A DNA stretch of 64,000 nt, from the NCBI RefSeq assembly GCF_009914755.1, contig NC_060936.1; one strand, given 5' to 3'. Source of the stretch: the human T2T-CHM13v2.0 reference genome, Homo sapiens. The notes beneath the pieces were generated by a model, which made no database searches, had not been told where the DNA came from, and saw only the letters and a program-made list of their open reading frames with translations. A program made the translations under genes and the position numbers. Shown piece after piece: positions 27,073 to 40,200 of the stretch (its first letter is position 1; each line of letters begins with the position of its first letter).

Positions 27073-28397
27073 AGAAGTTAAGTTTAAAAAGACCTGAAGT
27101 AATGGAGAATATACTATATTAATGGATGAGAAGACTAAATACATTGAACTTATCAATTATCTCAAATTAATCAATTTGATTTAATGCAATCCCAATCAAA
27201 ATCAGGCTTTTAAAATACAAACAAAAAACCTGATTTGAAAATGTATGTAGAAATGTAAAGAATAAACAGAAACCAGCATGATTTTGCAGAAAACAAAGCT
27301 GAGGAACTTAAGTTTGTTGATTTTAAAGTTACTACAAAGCTACAGTAATCAAAATACTATATTATTTACATAAGGTCACATAAAGAGACCATTCAAAGAG
27401 AGTAAACTTATATGATCTGATCAATGGTTTTTCAAAGGAGGCAGCAAATAATCTCAATGGGGAAACAATATCTATTTAACAAATAATGTGGAGGAATGAA
27501 ATATAAAAATGAAAACCTGACCTCAACAGCATGCACAAAGATTAATTTGAGATCATTTCATGGATTTAAATTATAAAAGCTAGAATTGTAAACTTTCTAG
27601 AAGCAAACATAAACATTTTTGTGACATTGAGGTATGCAACGATTTCTTAGGCTATTAGGAGCACTAATCAGAAAGAATAAAAGTGGTCAATTGATTCCAT
27701 CAAACTTAACTACTGGCTCTTTGAAAGACATTCTTATGAAAATAGGTAAGCTGCAAATTGGAAGAAAATATTTGCAGTGCATATATCTGAAAAGAAAAAC
27801 CTCATAACTCAACAATAAAAAGGCAGCCAGTTAAACAATGGATAATGATCTGAACATTATCTGAACATTTATTTTTCTTTTCTAAAGAAAAATAAAAAAG
27901 TAGCCATGGCTGGGTGCAGTGGCTCACACCTGTAATGCTGTCATAGGATGGTTAGGGTGTTGCTTTTCCAGCTTGAAACTTCTGTGGCCGGTGGCACTTT
28001 TGCCTGAGTTTTTCTTGGGCCCACTGAGCTTGTTCTGCCCACACGGCCTGGCAGCCTGTACTCGGCTCATGCTACCAGTCCACATCCCATGCCTGCCAAG
28101 GGCGAGCCAGGTGTGGAGTGGTAAGGGTTGTGTGAGCAAGCACAGACAGAGTCTGGCCACTGCACACAGTCAGGCATGTTGGATTCAACGGGGTGGGCAG
28201 CTCCAGGCACCACACAGGCACCAGCTCCCTGTGAGGCTGCAGCTGAAGCAAGTGCACTGCAATTGACTTCCACTGCAGGGACCAGGGAACACAGTGGCAC
28301 CGAGAAGCTTGGGGTTGCCAGGAACTGCAGAGCCCCAAAGAGGGTGTCACAGCTCTGGCTTGGGGAGCTCCTAGGTCTGGGTTGCCCGAAGGGCCGC

Positions 28398-28757
28398 TAA
28401 TATGGTTGGGCTCTGTGTCCCCACCCAAATCTTATCTTGTAGCTCTTATAATTTTCATGTGTTGTGGGAGGGACCCAGTGGGAGATGATTGAATCATGGG
28501 GGCAGGTCATTTCTGTGCTGTTCTTGTGACAGTGAATAAGTCTGACGTGATGTGATGGTTTTAAAAACAGGAGTTTCCCTGCACGAGCTCTCTGTCTTTG
28601 CCCACTGCCATCCATGTAAGATGTGACTAGCTCCTCCTTTCCTTCCACCATGATTGTGAGGCCTCCCCAGCGATGTGCAACTGTAAGTCCATTAAACCTC
28701 TTTTTCTTCCCAGTCTCAGGTATGTCTTTATCAGCAGTGTGGAAATAAACTAAGACA
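28398..28757 (+). mobile_element. THE1 (A/B-like) solo LTR nested in MER52
   Basis: taatatggttgggctctgtgtccccacccaaatct...gagtttccctgcac...aactaagaca; degenerate TSD gccgc/actgc. Confidence 0.9.
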
Positions 28758-28988
28758 ACTGCAGCTTTTCTCTCTTTCCCTCTTCTCTCCTTCTTGTCAC
28801 CCACAAAGTTATGAGCAGGGGGGTGTTTCAGTCCTGTTTGTGTGACAGCTCTTTCAGTTCTGCCATTCAATGGGTCCTGAGTACTTGTCCTGCATCCAGA
28901 AAGAATGAGGTATGTGGGCAACTGGAGGGTGAGCAAGGTGAAGAGGAGCTTCACTGAGCAAAGGAACAGCCCTCAGGAGACCAAAAGA

Positions 28989-29321
28989 GCAAAGGTGCCA
29001 CTGGCCACAGAGGTTTCTAGCTGGAAAAGTGGCACCCTAAGGATCCTGTGACAGCATTACAGGTGTGAGACACTGCACCCAGCCATGGCTACTCATATTT
29101 TTCTTAGGAAGGTGTTCGTTCAGATCATTGCTCATTATTTAACTGGGCTGTCTTTTTATTGTTATGAGGTTTCTCTTTTCAGATATATGCACAGCAAATA
29201 TTTTCTCCCAGTTTGCAGCTTATCTATCTTCATAAGAATGTCTTTCAAAGAGCCAGTATTTAAGTTTGATGGAATCAATTGACCATTTTTATTATTTCTG
29301 ATTAGTGCTCCTAATAGCCTA
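28989..29321 (-). repeat. Inverted duplicate of 27648-28003
   Basis: Reverse complement aligns across the L1M-Alu-MER52 junctions of 27648-28003. Confidence 0.93.
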
Positions 29322-31434
29322 CAAAAATAGCTCCTTTCCACAGGCAGTGCATCCCAACAAGTGCCCAGCTCTCAGCAGAGAGGAGACTCATAGTGGGTAG
29401 CTCCTTTCCACATGTAGGTAGTACTGTTGAGTGCAGCCTTCAGTGGAGAGGAGACCAGGAGTGGGTAGCTCCTTCATGTAGGTGGTAGTCCCAATGTCCG
29501 GTTGAGTCTGGGTTTTTATGGGCTCAGAAGGGAGGAAGTGTGTGCTAATTGGTTCATGGGCAGCCATGGGTGGGCCCAGAGAAAACACTGTAAGTTCTCA
29601 CTCTGGGCAGTAAACTCTACTCAGAACTGGCAGACCAGGCCCAGGATTCAGAGTATCCCTGGATTGAAAGTGGAATTTCACTGGGGACCTGCCACTTTCC
29701 ACCCAGGAACCTGTCTGTCTCCTGCCATTAACATGCCATCCATGTATGGGTGGCTGTTGCTGCATCCTGGAGCACAAGCCTCCCACCACCCAACTAGGTA
29801 GGGAGCAGTGCTCCCACCTGCTCTCTGCTCCTGCCAGCTCCATGGAGTGCACAGCTCTAACTGCACCTCCCTTGCTGCAGCTGATGTTCCCACAGCAGCT
29901 GCTTCAGATGGGCCACCACCACCATCAATCTCAGAATTTTGGGAAGCTGAGGCAGGTGGATTGCTTGAATCGAGGAGTTCGAGACCAGCCTGGACAACAT
30001 AGAGAAACCCCATCTCTGCAAAAAATACAAAAATTAGCCAGGTGTGATGGCACACTCCTGTAGTCCCAGCCACTCTGGAGGCTGAGGGAGAAACATGCTT
30101 GAGCCCAGGAAATCAAGGCTGCAGTGAGCCAAGATCTCATCACTGCACTCCAGCCTGGGTTACAGAGTGAGACCCTGTCTCAACAACAACAACAACAACA
30201 ACAACAAAGAATAGCCACTATGCATGAGACAAAGAGTTCAACATTGTCATAAAAAATGAAATTGAAGACCAAGAAATAACATTACAACAACTACAATGGC
30301 TAAAATATAAAGGAATGGTAACACCAAATGTTAGCAAGGACTTTAAAAGGACCCACCATAATGAACTTTTGGGTAGTTTCTTACTAACGTGAGCATACAC
30401 CTACTCTAAAACTCAGCACTTTCATTCTAAGTATTTATACAAGAACAATAAAAATATATGTCCAGAAAAATACTTATATGTGCAGGAAGTTTCATAAGAG
30501 CTTTTTTCATAATAGCTCCAAACTAGAAACAACACAAATGTTAATTGCACAGGAGAACAAATAAAGTTACAGTATATTCATACAATGGAATAATACTCAG
30601 CAATAAAGTGGTATGCACTACTGATATGTGTAGTACCATAAAGCAATCTTGAAAGCATTATATTGAACATCAGTAGACACTCACTTAAAAAGTATACAAA
30701 AATGGATTCAATTTATATGAACATTAAAAATAGGCAAATTTAAGTGCTTACCTGTGATGTCAGAGGATTCTCTGAGAATGTGCATGAGAAAATATTCAGG
30801 TGTGAATATTTTCCCAATTTTGGGGGGGTTTTGAATTACACAAATGTATACAATTGTCAAAATTCATCAACATTTATACTTAGGACTTATGCCTTCCACT
30901 GGATGCAAATTTTACCTCAGTTAAAAAATAACCCAAAGAGGGACAAATGATACATATGAAACTAACACTAAAAGACCTCAATATTGGAAAGCAAAGAGAC
31001 AAAAAGATGCTCAACTTTGGAGAGAAGGAAGAGAAATAAGGTTCATATAGAATCTCTGAGATGGAATCTGATTTAAGATTTTGCAAACATATCCCGGAAT
31101 GATTTAAAGAGATTAAAGTATGTAAATGTAAAGTAAAAGAGGAAAAATGAGTAAATGAGAGGGGCGAGTTTAGTTTACTGTTGGATGTGTAAGCTAACTT
31201 TTATTGAATGCCTGCTACATAACACATTTTGTAATATATGCATACTATATAAGAATAAATATGATCCATATTATTTTATTTTAGAGAACTATTATTATTT
31301 TATTTTACAGGTGATGAGAGAGGTCCAGAGAATTAAAATCTAAAGCCAGAGGCTGAAAGTTACAGAAATAGGATTTAAATGAGAAACTAGCAAAATGGTG
31401 AACCTTGAGGCAGAACTCAGTAGCTACACATCAC

Positions 31435-31734
31435 TTTTTTTTTTTTTTTTTTTTTTTTTGAGATGGAATCTCACTCTATCGCCCAGGCTGAAGTGCTGTG
31501 GCTCACTGCAACCTCCACCTCCTGGGTTCCAGTGATTCTCCTGCTTCAGCCTTCCGAGTAGCTGGGACTGCAGGAGCCCGCCACCACGCCCAGTTAATTT
31601 TTTTTTTTTTTTTTTTAGTAGGGATGGGGTTTCACCATATTGGCTAGGCTGGTCTCAAACTCCTAACTTTGTGATCTGCCTGCCTTGGCCTCCCAAAGTG
31701 CTGGGATTACAGGAGTGAGCCACCGCACATGGCC
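31435..31734 (-). mobile_element. AluS
   Basis: Dimer with poly(T); TSD agtagctacacat / agtagctgcacat. Confidence 0.9.
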
Positions 31735-31906
31735 AGTAGCTGCACATTCCAATTTGTCTGCATAGTGTTGTAAATAAATTGAACTAAAGATTAGCATTTA
31801 AAGATTGTAAGATTTTCATAAAATACAATTTTGTGCAAAATCCTGAAAATTGGAAGATTTGCCTTTCTTGGTTTCTATTTTCTTTTATAAAAAAAAAAGC
31901 TTTGTG

Positions 31907-32173
31907 GGCTGGGCGCGGTGGCTCACACCTGTAACCCCAGCACCTTGGGAGGCAGAGATGGGTGGATCACGAGGTCAGGATCAAGATCATCATGGTTAGC
32001 ACGGTGAAACCCCGTCTCTACTAAAAATACAAAAAATTAGCCGGGTGTGGTGGGACGCGTCTATAGTCCCAGCCACTTGGGAGACTGAGGCAGGAGAATT
32101 GCTTGAACCTGGGAGGCAGAGGTCGCAGCCTGGGTGACAGCAAGAATCTGTCTGAAAAAAAAAAAAAAAAAAA
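31907..32173 (+). mobile_element. AluSc/Y-like, internal deletion in right arm
   Basis: ggctgggcgcggtggctcac...gaggtcgcagcctgggtgacag then poly(A). Confidence 0.9.
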
Positions 32174-32177
32174 TTGT

Positions 32178-32498
<321 letters not shown>

Positions 32499-33068
32499 TT
32501 ATTTCTTCTTAAAAAGCAGATACATGTGCAGAACGTGCAGGTTTGTTAGATAGGTATGTGTGCCACGATGATTTGCTGCACCTATCAACCCACCCTCTAA
32601 GTTCCCTCCCTCACCCCCATCCCTTCAACAAGCACTGCTGTGTGTTGTTCCCCTTCTGTGTCCATGTGTTCTCAATGTTCAACTCCCACTTATAAGTGAG
32701 AACATGTGATACTCGGTTTTCTGTTCCTGTGTTAGTTTGCTGAGGATAACGGCTTCCAGCTTCATCCATGTCCCCATTTTTTATGGCTGCATAGTATTCC
32801 ATGGTGTATATATACCACATTTTCTTTATCCAGTCTATATCACTGATGGGTATTTGGGTTGGTTCCATGTCTTTGCTATTGTAAATAGTGCTGCAATAAA
32901 CATACATATGCATGTGTCTTTATAGTAGAATTATTTATATTCCTTTGGGTATATACCCAGTAATGGGATTGCTGAGTCAAATGGTATTTCTGGTTCTAGA
33001 TCCTTGAGGAATTGCCATACTGTCTTCCACAATGGTTGAACTAAATTACATTCCTACCAACAGTGTAA

Positions 33069-33424
<356 letters not shown>

Positions 33425-34044
33425 TGTTTCTTGATTTTTTAATAATTGCCATTCTGACTGGCATGAGATGGTTTGTCATTGTGGTTTTGATTTGCATTTC
33501 TCTAATGACGATCAGTGATGTTGTGCTTTTTTTCATATGTTTCTTGGCTGTGTAAATGTCTTCTTTCAAGAAGTGCCTGTTTATATACTCTGCCCACATT
33601 TTGATGGGGTTGTTTGCTTTTTTCTTCCTGTAAATTTGTTTAAGTTCTTTGTAAATTCTGGATATTAGACGTTTGTCAGATGGGTAGATTGCAAAAATTT
33701 TCCCCACTCTGTAGGTTGCCTGTTCACTCCGATGATAGTTTCTTTTGCTGTGCAAAAGCTTTTTAGTTTAATTAGATCTCATTTGTCAATTATGGCTTTG
33801 TTGGCATTGCTTTCGGCATTTTCATCATGAAGTCTTGCCCATGCCTATGTCCTGAAAGGTATTGTCTAGGTTTTCTTCTAGGATTTTTATGATTTGGGGT
33901 TTTACATTTAAGTTTTTAATTCATCTTGAGCTAAATTTTGTGCAAGATATAAGGAAGGAGTTTGGTTTCACTTTTTTGCATATGGCTAGCCAGTTTTCCC
34001 AGCACCATTTATTGAATAGGAAATCCTTTCCGCATCACTTGTTT

Positions 34045-34204
34045 TTGTCAGATTTGTCAAAGATCAGATGGTTGTAGATGTGTGGTGTTGTTTCTGAGGT
34101 CTCTGTTCTGTTCCATTGGTCTGTTTGTCAGGTATGTCAAAGATCAGATGGTTGTTGATGTGTGGTGTTGTTTCTGAGTTCTCTGTTCTGTTCCATTTGT
34201 CTGT
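34045..34204. repeat. 80-bp tandem duplication within L1 ORF2
   Basis: tgtcaaagatcagatggttgt(a/t)gatgtgtggtgttgtttctgag...ctgt occurs twice with period 80. Confidence 0.9.
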
Positions 34205-37200
34205 ATGTCTGTTTTGGTACACAGTATCATGAGGTTTTGGTTACTGTAGCCTTGTGGGATAGTGTGAAGTCAGGTGGTGTGATGCCTCCAGCTTTGTTCT
34301 TTTTGCTTTTGATTGTCTTGGTTATATGAGGTCTTCTTTGATTCCATATAAAATTTAAAGTAGTTTTTTCCTGATTCTGTGAAGAATGTCAATGGTAATT
34401 TGATGAGAATATCATTGAATCTATAAATTACTTTGGGCAGTATGGCCATTTCACAATATTGAGTCTTCCTATCCATGAGGATGGAATGTTTTTCCATTTG
34501 TGTCCTCTCTGATTTCCTTGAGCACTAGTTTGTAGTCCTCCTTGAAGAGGTTCTTCACAGACCTTTTTAGCTGTGTTCGTAGGTATTTTATTCTCTGTAG
34601 TGATTGTGAATGGGAGTTCATTCATGATTTGGCTCTCTGATTGTCTACTGTTGGTGTATAGGAATGCTTGTGATTTTTGCACATTGATTTTTGTACTCTG
34701 AGACTCTGCTGATGTTGCTTATCAGTTTAAGGAGTTTTGGGGCTGAGATGATGGGGTTTTCTAAATATGAAATCCTGTCATCTGCAAGCAGAGACAGTTT
34801 AACTTCCTCTTCCTATTTGAATATGTTTTATTTCTTTCTCTTGCCTGATTGTCCTGGCCAGAACTTCCAAAACTATGATCGAGTAGTGAGAGGGCATTCT
34901 TGTCATGTACCAGTTTTCAAAGGGAATGCTTTCAGCTTTTTCCCATTTAATATGACATTGGGTGTGGGTTTGTCATAAATAGCTCTTATTATTTTGAGAT
35001 ATATTCCATCAATATCTAGTTTATTGAGAGTTTTTAACATGAAGGTATGTTGAATTTTATCAAAGGCCTTTTCTGAATCTATTGAAATAATTGTGAGATT
35101 TTTGTCTTTGTTTCTGTTTATGTAATGTATTACGTTTATTGATTTGCATATGTTGAACCAGCCTTGCATCCCAGGGATGAAGCCAACTTGATTGTGGGGT
35201 AAGCTTTTTGATATGCTGCTGGATTCAGTTTGCCAGTATTTTATTGAGGATTTTTGCATCAGTGTTCATCAGGGATATTGGCCTGAAATTTTATTATTTT
35301 TTTTTTTTTTGCTGTGTCTTTTCCTGGTTGTGGATTCCGGATGATGCTGGCTTCATAAAATTAGTTAGGGAAGAGTCTCTCCTTTTCAATTGTTTGGAAT
35401 AGTTTCAAAAGGAATGGTAACAGCTCCTCTTTGTATTTCTGGTAGAATTTGGCTGTGAATCTGACTAGTCCTGGGGTTTTTTTGTTTGGTAGGCTACTAA
35501 TTATTACCTCAATTTCAGAACTTGTTATTGGTCTATTCAGAGATTTGACTTCCTGGTTTAGTCTTGGGAGGGTATACGCATCCAGGAATTTATCCACTTC
35601 TTTTAGATTTTCCAGTTTATTTGCATAGAGGTGTTTATAGTATTCTCTGATGGTAGTTTGTATTTCTATGGGGTCGGTGGTGATATCCCATTTATCATTT
35701 TTTAATGTGTCTGTTTGATTCTTCTCTCTTTTCTTCTTTATTAGTCGAGCTAACCATCTATCTATTTTGTTAATTTTCTCAAAAAATTAGCTCCTGGAAT
35801 CATTGATATTTTGGAGGGTTTTTCATGTGTCTATCTCCTTCAATTCTGCTCTGATCTTGATTATTTCTTCTCTTCTGCTAGCTTTTAGAATAGTTTGCTC
35901 TTGCCTCTCTAGCTCTTTTAATTGTCGTGTTAGGGTGTCAATTTGCGATCTTTCTGATGTAGGCATTTACTGCTATAAATTTCACTCTTAACAGTGCTTT
36001 AGCTGTGTCCCAGAGATTATGATACATTGTCTCTTTGTTCTGATTGGTTTCAAAAAACTTGATTTCTGCCTTAATTTCATTATTTACCCAGGAGTCATTC
36101 AGGAGCAGGTTGTTCAATTTCCATGTAATTGTGTGGTTTTGAGTGAGGTTCTTAATCCTGATTTCTAATTTGATTGCACTGTGGTCTGAGAGACTGTTTG
36201 TTATGATTTCGGTTTGTTTGCATTTGCTGAGGAATGTTTTACTTCCAATTATGTGGTCGATTTTAGAATAAGGGCCATGGTGGCACTGAGAAGAATGTAT
36301 GTTCATTTGATTTGGAGTGGAGAGTTCTGTAAATGTCTATTAGGTCCACTTGATCCAGAGCTGAGTTCAAGTCCTAGATATCCTTGATAATTTTCTGTCT
36401 TGTTGATCTAATATTGAAAGTTAGGTGTTAAAGTCTCCCACTATTAATGTGTGGGAGTCTAAGTCTCTTTGTGGGTCTCTAAGACCTTGTTTTATGAATC
36501 TGGATGCTCTAGTATTGGGTGCATATGTATTTAGAATAGTTAGCTCTCCTTGTCGAATTGTTCCCTTTACCATTATGTAATCCCCTTCTTTGTCTTTTTT
36601 GATCTTTGTTGGTTTAAAGTCTGTTTTGTCAGAGACTAGGATTGCAACCTTGCAACCACTGCTTTTTTTTTTTTTTCCATTTGCTTGGTGAATTTTCTTC
36701 CATCCCTTTATTTTGAGCCTTCGTGTGTCTTTGCACATGAGGTGGGTCTCCTGAATACAGCACACCAATGGGTCTTGACCCTTTATCCAATTTGCCAGTC
36801 TGTGTCTTTTAATTGGGGCATTTAGCCCATTTACATTTAAGATTAGTATTGTTATGTGTGAATTCATCCTGTCATCATGATGCTATTTGGTTATTTTGCA
36901 TGTTAGTTGATGCAGTTTCTTCATGGTGCCATTGGACTTTATATTTTGGTGTGTTTTTGCTGTGGCTGGTACTGATTTTTCCTTTCCACATTTAGTGCTG
37001 CTCTCAGGAGCTCTTGTGAAGCAGGCCTGGTGGTAGTGAAATCTCTCAGCATTTGCTTGTCTGAAAAGGATTTTATTTCTCCTTTGCTTATGAAGCTTAG
37101 TTTTTCTGGATATGAAATTTTGGTTGAAAATTCTTTCTTTGAGAACGTTGAATATTGGCCCCCAATCTCTTCTGGCTTGTAGAGTTTCTACCAAGACATC

Positions 37201-40200
37201 CACTGTTAGTCTGATAGGCTTCCTTTGTAGGTGACCTGCATTCTCTCTGCCTACCCTTAACATTTTTTCCTTCATTTCAAACTTGGAGAATCTGATGATT
37301 AGGTGTCTTGGGGTTGATCTTCTCATGAAGTATCTTAGTGGTGTTCTCTGTGTTTCTTGAATTTGCATGTTGGCCTGTCTTGGCAGATCGGGGAAGTTCT
37401 CCTGGGTATTATCCTCAAGTGTGTTTTCCTGCTTGTTTCCATGCTCCCTGCCTCCTTCAGTTACTCCAATCAATCATAGGTTCAGTCTTTTTATGAAATC
37501 CCATATTTCTTGGAGGCTTTGTTCATTCCTTTTCATTCTTCTTTCTCTGGTCTTGTCTGCATGCCTTATTTCAGCAAGGTGGACTTCAAACTCTGATATC
37601 CTTTCTTCTGCTGGGTCCGTTTGGCTATTGAAACTTGTGTATGCTTCAGGAAGTTCTCATGCTGTGTTTTTCAGCTCCATCAGGTCATTTATGTTCCTTT
37701 CTAAACTAGTTATTCTAGTTAGCATTTCCTCTAACCTTTTATCAAGGTTCTCAGCTTCTTTGCCTTGGGTTAGAACATGCTCCTTTAGCTTAGTGTAGTT
37801 TTTTATTACCCATCTTATGAAGCCTACTTTGGTCAATTTGTCCATCTCATCTTTTGTCCAGTTTTGCACCCTTGCTGGTGAGACGTCACGATCATTTGAA
37901 AGAGAAGAGGCACTCTGGCTTTTTGGGTTTTCAGCATTTTTTAGTGGATTCTTTCTCATCTTTATGAGTTTGTCTAGTTTCCATCTTTGAGGCTGCTGAC
38001 ACTTGGATGGGGTTTTTGTGGGGGCTTTTTTTGTTGTAGTTGATGCTGTTGTTCTTACTTTCTGTTTGCTTTTCTTTCAATGGTCAGGTCCTTCTTCTGT
38101 AGGGCTGCTGCAGTTTGCTGGGGGTTTACTTCAGGCCCTACTCATCTGGTTCATCCCCATGCCAGAGATGTCACTGAAGGAGTTGGGAGAAGAGCAAAGA
38201 TGGGTGCCTGCTCCTTCTTCTGGGATCTCTGAACTTGAGGGGCATCAAGTTGATGCCAGTAGGGTTGGTCTTATATAGGGTGTCTGACAACCCCTGTTGG
38301 AGGGTCTCACCCAGTTTGGGGGCATGGGAAACAACACCAATTTAGTAAACCACTTTGTCCCTTGGTGGAAGGGGTGTGCTTCGCTGGGGGAAAACCTACT
38401 TGTTTGGGCTGCCCAGATTCCTCAGAACTACCAGGAGGAAAGGCTAAGTCTGCTGGTCCATAGAGACTGCAGCCACCCCTCCCACTAGGGGCTCAGGCCC
38501 AGGGAAATCCAGGTTCTGTCCCTGAGCCTCTGGCTGGAGTTATTGGAGTTCCTGCAGGGAAGCCCCACGCAGTGAGGAAGGATGAGTCAGGGTCAGGCCT
38601 GAAAAGGCAGTCTGGCTGCCATCTGCCACAGTCAGAGTGTCGGGCTGTGGGAGACACATCTTGGGACCAAGTGGTCCAGCCTCCCGGACTCCAGCAGGGG
38701 GAAAATGCAGTCTGGAGCTATAGAGATGAATGCTGCCCTTCCCCCACCCAGGGAGCTTAGCACGTTAGGCAGTTGTGAGTCCCAGTGCTGGCTGCTGCCC
38801 TTTCCCCAAGGAGCTCGAATGGCTTAGACAGCAGTCAGCTGCAGCTGTGGTGCTGGCAGCTTGGTAGACTTAAGCAGATTCCATCTGAGAGGCTGTTGAG
38901 AATCTGCGCAGCTCCAGAGTTGGGACGCTAGGCCCCAGTGGTGTGGGTTCATGAGTGGGATCTTCCAATCCATGGTTTGCACAGTACCATGGGAAAAGCA
39001 CAGTTTCCCCAGCTGGGTAGCATGCTCACTCACCGCCTCCCTTGGCTGGGGGTAGGGGGTCCCCTGCCCCATGTGGCTCTCAGGTGGGCCACTGCACCAC
39101 ACTGTTCTTCCTCTCTGTGGATCATGCCAGCCTCCTAGTCAGTTCTGATGAGAGAACCTGGATACCTTGGTTGCCGGTAAAGGATTCTCACACTTATTAT
39201 GGTTCTTTTAGATGGGAGTCTCCCAACGCCGCTGTTTCTAGTGGGCCACCTTGGCCTCAGCCCCACCCCTCCACCCCAGTTTGTACTTTCTTGTGGAGAA
39301 AAATCATCTGAAGCTCAGGAGCACAGAGATGATCCCCTTAAACAGAACCTAAATAGGATATGTTACCTGCCTGGTCCTTGTAGGTATTTGAGTATGGTTA
39401 TCTGACATATGACCATGTCCATTCAACTTTAGGGCCAGAGAGACTTAGAAAAAAGGTGATGATGTTACATAGTAAAACAAAAGTTTATCCAAGTAGAGAT
39501 TCCATGATCTAGGAGCTAAAAGATTTGTGTTTACTGGACGATAGCAACAGAATTGATTGTGCCAAAAGCAAGACATTCTGCTGAATAAAGACAAAAAATA
39601 GGCTGTCCAAAAAGAAAGCCTATTTCAAAGTGACTAATCCCTTTGATGTGTTCCAACTTGTGGGGATGCTATACAGAAACTCACAGAGAATAAATTATTT
39701 CTCAAAGTAGCTTGACCGATGTTGGAGAATCAATCCTTCCCCTGAGAAAAGAAGTGAGGTCAGACTCAGAGCAGTTAGGACCTATGTGATTAAGAGTCGG
39801 AAGGTGAAGGAAATTTGTAACCCATCTAGAATATCTGGACTTCTGTCTCTTTCTCTGAAAAATGAAAGTATGAGACTAGCTCCATACAGCCATTTTCAGT
39901 TTTACGTTTTCTGGGTCAATGAATTATGATGACATTAAAATATGGTCTAGTACTGTGAGTTCTTGCTTGATATTTCCATTCTGTACATACTAGTGCCGCC
40001 ACCTAGAGTACAAAGTGGGAAATATTCTCCTTCCCAGGCACCAAGCTTTGACTCCCCTCAGGCTAAAACCCCACTTTTTCTCTGATTCTTCTATGCATAC
40101 TTTCTGTCTTCTACCCAGTCACGACAACTCATTGCATTCAGAGCCCATTTAGGTTCTTCATGATCTCTGTGTTTAGAAGAAGGATTCTGAGATCAAGGGT

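Larger units (their letters stand above)
27939..29927 (-). mobile_element. MER52-family solo LTR inserted in the AluJ
   Basis: Reverse-complement homology to 16207-17910; termini tgtcatagga... and ...cagatgggccaccaccaccatca; degenerate 4-bp TSD atgc/atct. Confidence 0.85.
27908..30205 (+). mobile_element. AluJ split by an LTR (5' piece 27908-27938, remainder 29928-30205)
   Basis: ggctgggtgcagtggctcacacctgtaatgc | atctcagaattttgggaagctgagg rejoin as one Alu; (CAA)n tail; flanking repeat aaaaagtagccat / aaagaatagccact. Confidence 0.9.
25480..30950 (+). mobile_element. Old L1M element (ORF2 to 3' UTR), interrupted at 27908-30205 and by smaller inserts
   Basis: Degenerate ORF2 motifs (ttttatgaggccag; aaacatttgataaaatt; aatgcaatcccaatcaaaatc; tactacaaagctacagtaatcaaaa) continue across the interruption. 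Confidence 0.7.

Noticed and set aside
16207-29927. The two MER52 LTRs as ends of one provirus
   Set aside because: Opposite orientation, separate TSDs, and no ERV internal sequence between them
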